Virus record (IMG/VR): IMGVR_UViG_3300037467_001303
Location: 1 to 64,000 of that record
Length of the DNA: 64,000 bases
Strand: one strand, 5' to 3'
DNA from: a virus
This document shows, piece by piece, positions 35,501 through 44,789 of this stretch; position 1 is the stretch's first letter; each line of letters starts with the position of its first letter. The notes under the pieces were generated by a model. It worked only from the letters and a program-made list of their open reading frames with translations, made no database searches and was not told where the DNA came from. Position numbers and translations under genes: made by a program.

Positions 35501-35893
35501 TTAAGTAAACTGCACGCCGAGGGTGCCCGCGGCGTAGGCTTCGACTTGCTGCATGAAATTGCTGAACTCCTCGACCCCCAGGTCGGTCGACGACATCGCC
35601 ATCGTCGCGCCGTCCGGCAGGTCGATCACGCCGATGAACTGGCGTTTGAACTGCTCGTGCCAGACCGTCTTGCTGTACTGGCGCCCGCCGACCCAGGCCT
35701 GTTCGGCAATGGCGCCGAGGACGGCCGGCCCGAAGTAGCGCCGGTTCTGCTCCAGCGAGCGGCGGCTCTTGTATAGCGTGACCGTCACGGCAAGGAACTT
35801 GCCCTCGCCGGCGAACTGCTGCCAGTTCGCCGACAGGAACGAGATCAACGACGCCAGGTGGGTCGCCTCGCGCAGGACGAACAGGCGGTTCAC
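35501..35893 (-). CDS. ninB: NinB-family recombination protein
   Basis: RSLEQNRRY..IAEQ..WHEQFK..SSTDLGVEEFSNFMQQVEA. Confidence 0.75.
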   Translation of the reverse strand: MNRLFVLREATHLASLISFLSANWQQFAGEGKFLAVTVTLYKSRRSLEQNRRYFGPAVLGAIAEQAWVGGRQYSKTVWHEQFKRQFIGVIDLPDGATMAMSSTDLGVEEFSNFMQQVEAYAAGTLGVQFT

Positions 35894-36258
35894 TTGGGTT
35901 CCTGCTCCACCTGGTGCTGGGCGACCATCGTGCGCAGCATGTCGATGAAGCCGTCGAGCGCCCGTTCGATGTCGTTCGGGTAGATCTGCAGCAGCGTCGA
36001 GGCGATGCCGGCGGTCAGGAAGCCCCAGGTGATGGCGAAGCGGTCGTTGACGCGGGCCTCCTCCACCGGCAGCGCGGACGGGATGTCCTTCTGCAGCTCG
36101 TCGAGCATGCTGTCGGGCACCGCGTCGTGCATGGCCATGATGAAGTGCTCGACTACAGGAATGCCGTCGTCGTCGACCGGCACCAGGACGACGCCGTGGA
36201 TCTCCAGCGGGCTGGTGTGCGGATCGGTGCTCATGAAGCCTCCCGGATCAGTGGACAT
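35890..36258 (-). CDS. Hypothetical protein
   Basis: 122-aa acidic ORF. Confidence 0.65.
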   Translation of the reverse strand: MSTDPGGFMSTDPHTSPLEIHGVVLVPVDDDGIPVVEHFIMAMHDAVPDSMLDELQKDIPSALPVEEARVNDRFAITWGFLTAGIASTLLQIYPNDIERALDGFIDMLRTMVAQHQVEQEPK

Positions 36259-36613
36259 GGGCGGCCGGCTTCTGCGCGAATTCGGCGGCGTACTCGACGA
36301 TCGCGCGCTGCATGCGCTTGTACATGCCGTCGGCGACCAGCTCGGGACCGCTGTAGGCCTCGACGATGAAGGCGGCCACGCCGTCGATCACGTAGGTCAG
36401 CGCCGCGGCGTGGCGGTGCGCGCGGTCGGCGATCTCGGGCGGCAGCTGGCTGTCGCCGGCCAGCTGGGCCAGCACGTCCTCGGGGATGGTGTCGGCCACC
36501 ATCTCGAAGAAGCTGCGAAAGTCCGGCATGCCCATGTCGTTGAGCGGCACCGGGGCGATGAACTGCTCGCTGGATTCCTCGTTGGCTGCGGCGTTGATGT
36601 CTTTGTCGGTCAT
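36248..36613 (-). CDS. Hypothetical protein
   Basis: 121 aa; VPLNDMGMP..F..MVADTIP resembles VPVDDDGIP..F..MHDAVP of the neighbouring gene. Confidence 0.7.
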   Translation of the reverse strand: MTDKDINAAANEESSEQFIAPVPLNDMGMPDFRSFFEMVADTIPEDVLAQLAGDSQLPPEIADRAHRHAAALTYVIDGVAAFIVEAYSGPELVADGMYKRMQRAIVEYAAEFAQKPAAHVH

Positions 36614-36628
36614 GGTTTTCCTGTGGTT

Positions 36629-36877
36629 TCAGTTCTGGTTCGGGCCGAACACCGGCTCGTTCTCGATCTCCCGGCGCTGGCGCGAGGAGCGCGGGGCCGG
36701 CTTGTCGGCCCAGGCCTTCAGCACCGGGGCCTTCGGGATGTCCGGCAGCGGCATGCGGTCGTACTGCTCGCGCGACCGGGCCGCCACGATCGCGTGCATG
36801 GCCCAGTGCAGATCCTGCGGGTCGGCCGTGTGCACGATCGGCACCGGCTCGTCCTTGCTGCGGCGTCCTGGCTTCAT
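36629..36877 (-). CDS. Hypothetical protein
   Basis: 82-aa ORF with SD AAGGAG. Confidence 0.55.
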   Translation of the reverse strand: MKPGRRSKDEPVPIVHTADPQDLHWAMHAIVAARSREQYDRMPLPDIPKAPVLKAWADKPAPRSSRQRREIENEPVFGPNQN

Positions 36878-36891
36878 CGCGTCTCCTTCGG

Positions 36892-37260
36892 TCAGTTCGG
36901 CCGGCCTTCGGGCTTGGCCGAGTGCAGCATCACCTGGCGCATCAGGCTCTGGCAGATCGCCTCGGCCACGCCGATCGCCTCGTCGCCGGCGATGTCGCTG
37001 ATGATGTAGGCCAGGCCGTCGGTGACGACCGAGAAGCTGGCACCGTGGCGGCGCGCCTCCTCGGCGACCTCGGCCGGCAAATCGTCGCCCGCGTCGACCC
37101 GTTCCAGCTCCTCGTCGGTGAACGAGTCGAACAGCGCCGTGAAGTAGCAGCCGAAGCAGGGCCGGCCATGGCGGTCGCGGCCGATCACGACCAGGTCCGT
37201 GTCCGCCATCAGCGCGTCGGGATCGTCCTCGTCCTCGTCGGCGTGGAAGTAGTCAGTCAT
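36892..37260 (-). CDS. Acidic hypothetical protein
   Basis: 122-aa ORF. Confidence 0.65.
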   Translation of the reverse strand: MTDYFHADEDEDDPDALMADTDLVVIGRDRHGRPCFGCYFTALFDSFTDEELERVDAGDDLPAEVAEEARRHGASFSVVTDGLAYIISDIAGDEAIGVAEAICQSLMRQVMLHSAKPEGRPN

Positions 37261-37828
37261 CGACCGGACCCTCCGGCGCGAGACCGAAGATGGCGCGCAG
37301 GTCGGCGTACTGCTGCGCGCTGGGCAGCGTGCGGCCGGTTTCCCAGTGGCTGATGCAGGTGCCGGTCATGTCGAACTTTTCTCCGAGCGCGTCCTGGGTC
37401 ATGCGCAGGCGCTTGCGGTGCCGCATGATCTGCTTGCCGGTCATGTACAGCGGACCGGCGTTCAGGCCGCGCACCCAGGGCTTGACGGGCAGCGCCTGCT
37501 CGGGAGCGGTGGCCGGCAGCGTTTCCGCCTGCTCGTCCTGCGGCGGGGCCGGCGGCAGGTCGTCCTTCGGCACCGGGTCCGGGCCGATGCGGACCTGCTG
37601 CGGCTTGCCGGCGCGTACGTCGACCACCTTGTCGAGGAAGCAGCCGACCCAGGTCGAGAACTTCTCGGCCGACCGGATCTCGCCGACGAACAGGCCGCAG
37701 GCGGTGGCGACTTCCTCGATCAGGTAGGCCAGGGCCACCTCGAACAGGATCGGGTCAGGGTTGGCGGCGAAGATGGCCTGCATGCGTTCATGCAGGTATT
37801 GCTCGGTGCGGTTGCGTTGGCGGGTCAT
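37253..37828 (-). CDS. Protein with a C-terminal XRE HTH
   Basis: RKRLRMTQDALGEKFDMTGTCISHWETGRTLP. Confidence 0.8.
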   Translation of the reverse strand: MTRQRNRTEQYLHERMQAIFAANPDPILFEVALAYLIEEVATACGLFVGEIRSAEKFSTWVGCFLDKVVDVRAGKPQQVRIGPDPVPKDDLPPAPPQDEQAETLPATAPEQALPVKPWVRGLNAGPLYMTGKQIMRHRKRLRMTQDALGEKFDMTGTCISHWETGRTLPSAQQYADLRAIFGLAPEGPVDD

Positions 37829-37839
37829 CGTGGCCTCCG

Positions 37840-38277
37840 TCAGAACGGCACATCGTCATCGCTCAGGGGCGGCGCCGGGCGCGCGGTATTCTGCGGGCGC
37901 GACGGCGGGGCCTGGTGGCCGCCGCCCGCACCGGCGCCGTCGCTGCGGCCACCCAGCATCTGCATGTTCTCGGCGATGATGTCGGTGGCGTACTTCTCGA
38001 CGCCGTCCTTGTCCGTGTACTTGCGGGTCTGCAGGCGGCCCTCGACGTACACGCTCGAACCTTTCTTGAGGTACTGTCCGACGATCTCGGCCAGCTTGCC
38101 GAAGAACGAAATGCGGTGCCATTCGGTCAGTTCCTTGGCTTCGCCGGTGGCCTTGTCCTTGGTCTTGTACGAGGTCGCCACGGCGACGTTGGCGATCGCA
38201 TCGCCGCTGGGCATGTAGCGCATTTCCGGGTCGCGGCCGAGGTTGCCGACGATGATGACTTTGTTGACAGATGCCAT
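37840..38277 (-). CDS. ssb: Single-stranded DNA-binding protein
   Basis: [18 protein letters not shown]...TEWHR...DDDVPF. Confidence 0.97.
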   Translation of the reverse strand: MASVNKVIIVGNLGRDPEMRYMPSGDAIANVAVATSYKTKDKATGEAKELTEWHRISFFGKLAEIVGQYLKKGSSVYVEGRLQTRKYTDKDGVEKYATDIIAENMQMLGGRSDGAGAGGGHQAPPSRPQNTARPAPPLSDDDVPF

Positions 38278-38320
38278 GTCAGGGATTCCTTTGAGGTCGG
38301 GGGTGGGTGGATGAAAGGTG

Positions 38321-38662
38321 TCAGCCGGCCAGCTTGTGGCCCTTGGCGGCCAGGTCGGTCTTGATGTCGTTGAGGGTGCCGAGGCCCAGGTTGGGCAGCT
38401 TGAGCAGCTCGTTCGGGGTCTGGCGGCACAGCTTCTCGACGGTGTCGATGCCGGCCGCGACCAGGCAGTTGTGGGCACGCGCGGTCAGCTCCAGGAACGC
38501 CAGCGGGGTACGCGTCGAGGTTTCCGGGAAGTTGTCGAAGCGGGCGGCCTGCTCGGCGCGGCGCTGTTCGGCGCGGCGCGCCATGATGTAGTCGTGCAGC
38601 AGCACGCGCGCCTGGCGTGCCTCGTCGATGCTCGAAACGGTCAGGGTGATCGTCATGGCCAT
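38321..38662 (-). CDS. Stand-alone RNA polymerase alpha-CTD-like protein
   Basis: [23 protein letters not shown]...L.DIK..L. Confidence 0.85.
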   Translation of the reverse strand: MAMTITLTVSSIDEARQARVLLHDYIMARRAEQRRAEQAARFDNFPETSTRTPLAFLELTARAHNCLVAAGIDTVEKLCRQTPNELLKLPNLGLGTLNDIKTDLAAKGHKLAG

Positions 38663-38666
38663 GGGG

Positions 38667-39404
38667 TCAGGTCTGGTATTTGTGGGCGATTTCGACGCGA
38701 TGGATGCGGCCGGCCACGTAGCTGCGCGAAGCCTCGACCTTGCGGATGATCTTCTGCTCCAGAAGCGGGTCGCGCTGGTACTCGACGATCGTGACGCGCA
38801 TTTCGAGCGGCAGGCGGTCCATCTGGTGCAGCTCGGGGTTCTCGTAGCCGATCAGTTCCTCGGGCGTGTCGACCAGGCAGTAGGCGACCTTGGCGCGCTC
38901 GCGGTTGCGCAGCATCATGTAGCCGCGCACCTGCCATTCGTATTCCGGCTTGTGGCCGTCCTCGGGCAGCTCGGGGAAGGTGGCCATCGACCACGACGAC
39001 TTGATGTCGATGATCTCTTCGCCGGTGTCGATGTCGGGTTCGCCGGTCAGCCACGCGTTGACGGTGCGGACCGTGTTCTTCCTGTGGCTGGTGAAGAACA
39101 GCTCGTTGTACAGCGCGATCGACTGGTCCTCGACGATGATGCCCTTCTGGGTGTACTTGCTGGACACCACGTTGTTGTAGCCGTACAGGTACTCCTTGGC
39201 CATGTCGTTCAGGACCGTCTTGGCGCCGCTGGACAGGGTCATGTCGAACAGCGGCGCCAGGATCGCCTTGTCCTCGTCGGTCTTGACCTTCTTCGCCGCG
39301 ATCGCGGCCAGCTCGGGGGTGTTGAGCAGGGCCGGGTCGATCGCCTTCGGGTCGGTCATGATGGCCGACAGGGCCGAGCAGCGGATGCGGAAGTCCGGGA
39401 TCAC
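38667..39404 (-). CDS. YqaJ/lambda-exonuclease-like recombination nuclease
   Basis: GTG start 39404; RCSAL..KGIIVED..TGEPD..IIDIKSSW..YEWQVRGYM. Confidence 0.8.
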   Translation of the reverse strand: MIPDFRIRCSALSAIMTDPKAIDPALLNTPELAAIAAKKVKTDEDKAILAPLFDMTLSSGAKTVLNDMAKEYLYGYNNVVSSKYTQKGIIVEDQSIALYNELFFTSHRKNTVRTVNAWLTGEPDIDTGEEIIDIKSSWSMATFPELPEDGHKPEYEWQVRGYMMLRNRERAKVAYCLVDTPEELIGYENPELHQMDRLPLEMRVTIVEYQRDPLLEQKIIRKVEASRSYVAGRIHRVEIAHKYQT

Positions 39405-39946
39405 GCGGCCTCCGGTTCGGCGCCCGGGTCGTTCGGGGCCGCTTCCACGCCGGACGCCAGTTCCGCCTCGACCTGCGCCAGGCGTTCGGCCTGGGCGTCG
39501 GTCAGCGCGTATTTCACGCGCAGCGTGTCGGCCGCGAAGTCTCCCTTCTTCACCGCGGCCAGGGCCTTGTCCATGCGGGCGTCGGTCAGCGTTTCCTTCA
39601 CGTCCTGCGGGACCTTGGCGCGGATGCGCAGGCACTCGACCATGTCGCTGCCCAGCTTGGTCGTGCTGGCGTACAGCGTGATGCGGCGCCCGGCCCAGTC
39701 CTCGATGTAGGGGCCGTACAGCTTCTCGATCGTCTTGCTGTTGGTCGAGTTCAGGATCAGCGGCTTCGTTTCGACCAGGTAGGCGAGGCTATGGTCCTCC
39801 TTCTTCCCGCCCATCATGGTGATGGTCTCTTTCTGGACGTACTTGATCGTGACCGTCATGTCTTCGCCGTTGGGCAGCGCGTAGACGCCGACGAAGCGCG
39901 GGTCGACCAGCTGCTTCCAGTGGGTTTTCACCTGCGGCGCGCTCAT
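39401..39946 (-). CDS. Putative ssDNA-binding/annealing protein partnering the exonuclease
   Basis: THWK..KPLILNSTN..IEDWAGRRITLY; adjacent to the exonuclease. Confidence 0.6.
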   Translation of the reverse strand: MSAPQVKTHWKQLVDPRFVGVYALPNGEDMTVTIKYVQKETITMMGGKKEDHSLAYLVETKPLILNSTNSKTIEKLYGPYIEDWAGRRITLYASTTKLGSDMVECLRIRAKVPQDVKETLTDARMDKALAAVKKGDFAADTLRVKYALTDAQAERLAQVEAELASGVEAAPNDPGAEPEAA

Positions 39947-40353
39947 GGGCGGCCCTCCACCGACAGCGCGGCCAGGCGCGGGATCATCAGGTCGAGCAGG
40001 CCGTCGTCCTGCTGCTCGCGCAGGCGCGCCAGCATCGCGTGCTCGATGTCGGCGATGGCGGCCTCCGACAGGTACTCGTAGATGTCGGCGCCGGCCTCGA
40101 TCAGGAAACGGCCGCGGTTGTTGGGCGCGGTCAGCACCAGCGGATGCGGCGAGAGGATGCGCTTGAAGTCGAAGTATTCCGACAGGCCCGGCTCGCCCGG
40201 GTCGCCATTGGGCAGCGTCGGGATCGCGGGATAGCCCGGGTCATGGGTGAACTCGACCTGCAGCTGGGCCGACGTGCGCAGGCGCACCGGCACGCCGTTG
40301 GGGCCGACCTCAAGCTCAAGGTGCGGCAGGGTGTAGGGAAAGGTGTGGTCCAA
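39943..40353 (-). CDS. Hypothetical first gene of the PL operon
   Basis: TTG 40353 with AGGAG upstream. Confidence 0.6.
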   Translation of the reverse strand: MDHTFPYTLPHLELEVGPNGVPVRLRTSAQLQVEFTHDPGYPAIPTLPNGDPGEPGLSEYFDFKRILSPHPLVLTAPNNRGRFLIEAGADIYEYLSEAAIADIEHAMLARLREQQDDGLLDLMIPRLAALSVEGRP

Positions 40354-40398
40354 GGCGGCTCCTGTTTTTTTTCCAGAGGAAACAGGAACCAGTGTATT

Positions 40399-40452
40399 AA
40401 AGTCCAACTTTAATTTACAAGGGAAACTTTAATATTTTTTAAGCGGACCTTA
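40399..40452. promoter_or_regulatory. OL-like operator triplet
   Basis: AAAGTccaACTTT (40399), CAAGGgaaACTTT (40418), TAAGCggaCCTTA (40440); variants of CAAGT-N3-ACTTG. Confidence 0.6.
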
Positions 40453-40578
40453 GATTACAATTCGGTGAACTTGTTGCATCTGCGCAAATGTTGATATGTA
40501 TCAAGCTCCAATCGCGTCACAAGATGCAGTCTGAGGCGCCTCCAACGCTTCTGTGGCCACCTCGGAAATGTGGAGACG

Positions 40579-40609
40579 AAAAAAAAGCCGGCGCATGGCC
40601 GGCTTCTTC
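40579..40609 (-). terminator. Terminator downstream of cI
   Basis: GCCGGC-N5-GCCGGC stem with an A8 run on +, i.e. a U-tract on -. Confidence 0.8.
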
Positions 40610-40628
40610 GGTGGCGTTCGACCCCCGG

Positions 40629-41261
40629 TTACAGGGTGCCCTGGAACGCCACCACTCTACCCAGCACGTGGACCGCCTCGGGAGGGACGATCTGCTCCGG
40701 GATGTCGGGGCGATCGGCCAGTACGCGCACCTTCTGGTCGAGTTGCACGAAGAGGCGGCGCACGATCGGGCCGCTCGGGGATTTGAGGACATACACGCGG
40801 CCGTTCTGGACTTCCTTCTGCTGCAGGTCGACCAGGAGCTGGTCGCCAAGCGTCATGCTGGTGTCGCCGCGGACCACCCGGCACCACTCGGGTTTCACCC
40901 CGAGCTGTTCGAGGAAATCGCGGCGGTAGGCGAAGCTGTTGCGGTCGTCCTTGAGTTCTCCGACCTCGTCGTGGTATTGCACGTCGCCGCCTCCTTCAGG
41001 TTCCGTCCCCAGTAGAGGGATCAGTGTGTAATTAGCGCCAGTTGGTACATTAACACTAATTCCGGCTGACAACCATTCAACTGTTGTTTCTAGCGCCTCG
41101 GCAATTTTCTTTAACCGATGGTATGCCGGTATCGCCCCTTTTTCCTCCCATCCGTGGACCGCCTGCTGTGTCACGCCGGATTCGATGCCGAGGTCATTGC
41201 GGCTCATTTTGAGTTCTTCGCGTCTCTGTTTGATGCGTGCACCGATGGTCGACATGGCCAA
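40629..41261 (-). CDS. cI: CI-like repressor (XRE HTH + degenerate S24 domain)
   Basis: IGARIKQRREEL..QQAVHGWE..IAEALETTVEWL; C-term VRGDTSM..GDQLLVD..VRRL; divergent from cro. Confidence 0.88.
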   Translation of the reverse strand: MAMSTIGARIKQRREELKMSRNDLGIESGVTQQAVHGWEEKGAIPAYHRLKKIAEALETTVEWLSAGISVNVPTGANYTLIPLLGTEPEGGGDVQYHDEVGELKDDRNSFAYRRDFLEQLGVKPEWCRVVRGDTSMTLGDQLLVDLQQKEVQNGRVYVLKSPSGPIVRRLFVQLDQKVRVLADRPDIPEQIVPPEAVHVLGRVVAFQGTL

Positions 41262-41313
41262 TTCTCCGTCATTGGGAAGTATTCACGAGTAGCAACATAA
41301 CACAGCGCACATT

Positions 41314-41365
41314 AAAGTGGCGCTTGCCCGTTTCAAGTTTTACTTGAAGTTTCAAGTAGGACTTG
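41314..41365. promoter_or_regulatory. OR-like operator triplet between cI and cro
   Basis: AAAGTggcGCTTG (41314), CAAGTtttACTTG (41334), CAAGTaggACTTG (41353). Confidence 0.75.
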
Positions 41366-41377
41366 TAAAATGCCCTC

Positions 41378-41653
41378 ATGAAAAAACTTTCCGCACGGAT
41401 GCTCGCCGCCCGCCTGCGCCGCGAACGCAGGCACCTCGACCGCGCCATCGAGCACGTCGGCTCGCAGTCCAAGCTGGCCCGCCTGCTGGGCGTGTCGCCC
41501 CAGGCCGTGCGGCAGTGGTACACCAACGAGACCGGCGTGCCGCCGCGCCGCTGCCCGCAGATCGAACGCCTCACGCGCGGCAAGGTCATGTGCGAGCAGC
41601 TGCGCGAGGAATTCGAGTGGGTGCGCGTCATCAGGAAAGGTGCCCGCGAGTGA
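41378..41653 (+). CDS. cro: Cro/YdaS-like repressor
   Basis: GSQSKLARLLGVSPQAVRQW..VPPRRCPQIERLTRGKV. Confidence 0.88.
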   Translation: MKKLSARMLAARLRRERRHLDRAIEHVGSQSKLARLLGVSPQAVRQWYTNETGVPPRRCPQIERLTRGKVMCEQLREEFEWVRVIRKGARE

Positions 41654-42078
41654 AGCGCACGACGCCCATGAAACGCACCGGCTTCAAGGCCAGGGCGCCC
41701 GGCGACACGCCGGCCAAGGCGCCGTACCCGCGCGTCACGTTCGCCCGGAAGGAGGGCCTGAAAACCCGCCAGCGCGCCGTCACGCCCGAGGAAAAGGTCC
41801 TGTGGGACCGCCTGGCCAACGAGGTCGGCTGTGTCGCCTGCCTGGTGGCCGGCCTGCCGACCTCGAACCACGTCTCGATCCACCACATCGACGGCCGCAC
41901 CAAGGAAGGTTGCCACCGCAATGTCCTTCCCTTGTGCGCGGGCCATCACCAGCAGGGCACCGGCAACGACAAGAGCCTGGTGGCCGTGCACCCGAACAAG
42001 GCCCGTTTCGAGAAGCTGTACGGCACCCAGGAATACCTGCGTCTGTACGCGTTCAACCTGCTGGAGGTGCTGCCGTGA
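41650..42078 (+). CDS. Ref-like (recombination enhancement) HNH nuclease
   Basis: GTG 41650; basic N-terminus, GCVAC..IHHIDGRTK..H..LPLCAGHHQ. Confidence 0.75.
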   Translation: MKRTTPMKRTGFKARAPGDTPAKAPYPRVTFARKEGLKTRQRAVTPEEKVLWDRLANEVGCVACLVAGLPTSNHVSIHHIDGRTKEGCHRNVLPLCAGHHQQGTGNDKSLVAVHPNKARFEKLYGTQEYLRLYAFNLLEVLP

Positions 42079-42383
42079 GCGCCGGCCTGCCGATGGATGC
42101 CGAGCTGGTCGAGCTGGTCGACTCCCTGCGCGACGAGATCGACGTGCTGGAGGCCCAGCTGGCCGCGCTGGAGGCGGGCGAGCATGGCGAGGCGCTGAAA
42201 GCCGAGATCCGCAAGCGCTTCGGCATCGACCGCCGCCTGCAGCAGAGCATGGAACAGGTCAAGGCGATGGAAGCGACGATCCGCCGTCACGAAAAATGGC
42301 ACGAGAAGGTCGCCGCACTGGTCGGCACCCGCAATCGTAACGCCATCCTCGAGATCATCCAGGACCTGCGGGCGCGCCCATGA
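42075..42383 (+). CDS. Coiled-coil hypothetical protein
   Basis: GTG 42075 overlapping the previous stop. Confidence 0.65.
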   Translation: MSAGLPMDAELVELVDSLRDEIDVLEAQLAALEAGEHGEALKAEIRKRFGIDRRLQQSMEQVKAMEATIRRHEKWHEKVAALVGTRNRNAILEIIQDLRARP

Positions 42384-43891
42384 CCGAGCTGGCCGTGCCC
42401 GACATCTACGCCGGCCTGCGCGGCTACCAGATCGCCGGCATCGAGGCGATCCGCCACGCGATCGCGGCCGGCAAGCGCCGCATCTGCCTGGTGGCGCCGA
42501 CCGGCTCCGGGAAAACCAAGCTGGCCGCGTTCATGGTCCGCGAAGCGCGCCGCAAGATGAAGAAGGTCGCCTTCGTGTGCGACCGCATCAACCTGATCGA
42601 CCAGACCAGCCGCGTGTTCGACGCCGAGGAGATCCCGCACGGCGTGATGCAGTCCAACCACTACCGCGTGGTGCCGTGGGAGCGCGTGCAGGTGTGCTCG
42701 GTGCAGACCCTGGCCCGGCGCAAGTGGCCCGAGGCCCAGCTGGTCCTGGTCGACGAATGCCACTCGGTGAGCCGCACCGTCACCCAGAAGATGGCGGCCG
42801 AACCCGACACCATCTTCGTCGGCCTGACCGCGACCCCGTTCACGAAGGGCATGGGCAAGCTGTACGACGCCATGATCAACGTGGCCACCACCAACGAACT
42901 CATCAACACCGGGTTCCTGGCGCCGTACCGGATCTATGCCGCGCGCGAGCCGGACATGACCGGCGTGCCGGTCATCGGCGGCGAGTGGGAAGTGCGCGAG
43001 ACCAGCAAGCGCGCCCTGGCCGTGGTCGGCGACTGCGTGGCCGAGTACCTGAAGCTGGGACAAGGCCGCAAGTTCATCTGCAGCGCGGTCGACACCGCCC
43101 ACGTGCAGGAGCTGGAGCGCCAGTTCATGGCCGCCGGCGTCATCACCCGGGCCTACACCTACCGCGAGGACGACATCGAGCGCGCCGAGGTGGTCGAGGA
43201 ATTCCGCCGGCCCGACTCCAGCATCCGCGGCCTGATCACCGTGACCGCCGCCAGCAAGGGTTTTGACGTGCCCGACATCGGCGTGGTCATCATGGCGCGC
43301 CCGTTGCGCAACTCGCTGGCCGAATATATCCAGCTGTTCGGCCGGGGCCTGCGCATCAGCGAGGGCAAGGACGCCTGCATCGTGCTGGACCACTCCGGCA
43401 ACTCGGAGCGCTTCTGGGCGCGCTGGACCCGCTTTTTCGCCGAGGGCTGCCTGGAACTGGACAAGGGCAAGCAGGGCCGCAGCAGCAGTGCCAAGGCCGA
43501 CAAGGAAATCAAGCCGGTGAAATGCCCGTCGTGCGCGCACCTGCACGACCCGCTGCCGTACTGCCCGGCCTGCGGCCACGTGTACCCGCCCAAGCCGGCG
43601 CTGCTGCACAAGCCCGGCAGCCTGGTCGAGCTGGTCGCCACGCGTGACGCCAGCCTCATGGTGGCCGAGCTGTACCCGCAGATCGTCTCCGAGGCGATCC
43701 GCCTGGGCAAGGGAGAAAGCTGGGCCAAGGACAGGTACGCCCAGATCACCGGCCAGCCGCCGGGCGTGGCGTTCGCCGACGTGGTGCCGGTCGAGGCCGG
43801 GCGCGAGGTCAAGGGCAAGCTGCGCTCGATCAACATCGCCTGGGCCAAGGCGCGCATGAAGGCCGGCCAGCGCCTGCGGGGTGGTGCCTGA
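42380..43891 (+). CDS. SF2 DEAD/DEAH helicase with Zn finger
   Basis: APTGSGKT, VDECH, GLTATP, GFDVPD, QLFGRGLR, CPSC..CPACG. Confidence 0.93.
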   Translation: MTELAVPDIYAGLRGYQIAGIEAIRHAIAAGKRRICLVAPTGSGKTKLAAFMVREARRKMKKVAFVCDRINLIDQTSRVFDAEEIPHGVMQSNHYRVVPWERVQVCSVQTLARRKWPEAQLVLVDECHSVSRTVTQKMAAEPDTIFVGLTATPFTKGMGKLYDAMINVATTNELINTGFLAPYRIYAAREPDMTGVPVIGGEWEVRETSKRALAVVGDCVAEYLKLGQGRKFICSAVDTAHVQELERQFMAAGVITRAYTYREDDIERAEVVEEFRRPDSSIRGLITVTAASKGFDVPDIGVVIMARPLRNSLAEYIQLFGRGLRISEGKDACIVLDHSGNSERFWARWTRFFAEGCLELDKGKQGRSSSAKADKEIKPVKCPSCAHLHDPLPYCPACGHVYPPKPALLHKPGSLVELVATRDASLMVAELYPQIVSEAIRLGKGESWAKDRYAQITGQPPGVAFADVVPVEAGREVKGKLRSINIAWAKARMKAGQRLRGGA

Positions 43892-44781
43892 TGGACTTCT
43901 ACAACACCCTGCTGGCCGCCGGCTTCCTGCCGCGCGAGGTCGCCCCGAACGGCAAGTGGTATCGCTGCGCCACGGCCGACAAGCCGAAGAAGAAGAACGG
44001 CGCCTACATGCTGCGCATCGACGGCCGCCGCGGCTACTACAAGGACTACGCGGTCGACGAGGAGTGGATCGAGTGGACCGACGACACCCCGGTCTCGCCG
44101 ATCGAGAGAAAGCGCATCGAGCGCGACAACGCGCAGCGCCGCCAGCGCGAGCGCGAGAAGGCCGCGCGCGCCTACCAGGGCATGGTCCGCTACTACCAGT
44201 CGCTGCCGCGCCTGTACGACGGCCACCCGTACCTGGCCCGCAAGGGCCTGTCCATGCTCGGCGGCGACAAGCTGCGCCTCGATGGCGAGGTGCTGGTCTG
44301 GCCGCTGTTCAGGGACGGGCGCCTCGCCACCGTCCAGCGCATCTGGCCGGACGGCACCAAGCGCAACTACACCGGCTGCTCGACCAAGGGCGTCTCGCTG
44401 CTGCTGACCCGCCCCGGCGCCGTCCTGCACGGCTTCGCCGAAGGGTTCGCCACCGGCCTGGCGCTGTTCCAGACCCTGGCCAACAGCCAGATCGAGATCT
44501 GCCTGGACGCCGGCAACCTGGTCGAGGTGGTTTCGCGTTCGACCGTGGCCGGCCTGGCCGTGGTGTGCGGCGACAACGACTGGGAGACCTGCGAACGCCG
44601 TGGCTTCAACCCCGGCGTCGAGAAGGCCACCAAGGCGGCCGAGGTGCTCGGCTGCGGCGTGGCCTACCCCGAGAACATCGTCGGTTCGGACTGGGCCGAC
44701 GCGCTGCTGGAGTGGGGAGAAGAGGGGCCGCGACGGCTGCGCATGGCGATCATGCGCGCGGCGAAGCCGGTGATCCGGTAG
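43891..44781 (+). CDS. Toprim-domain primase
   Basis: HPYLARKG..QRIWPDGTK..AEGFATG..CGDND..SDWAD. Confidence 0.88.
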   Translation: MDFYNTLLAAGFLPREVAPNGKWYRCATADKPKKKNGAYMLRIDGRRGYYKDYAVDEEWIEWTDDTPVSPIERKRIERDNAQRRQREREKAARAYQGMVRYYQSLPRLYDGHPYLARKGLSMLGGDKLRLDGEVLVWPLFRDGRLATVQRIWPDGTKRNYTGCSTKGVSLLLTRPGAVLHGFAEGFATGLALFQTLANSQIEICLDAGNLVEVVSRSTVAGLAVVCGDNDWETCERRGFNPGVEKATKAAEVLGCGVAYPENIVGSDWADALLEWGEEGPRRLRMAIMRAAKPVIR

Positions 44782-44789
44782 CCGCACAG

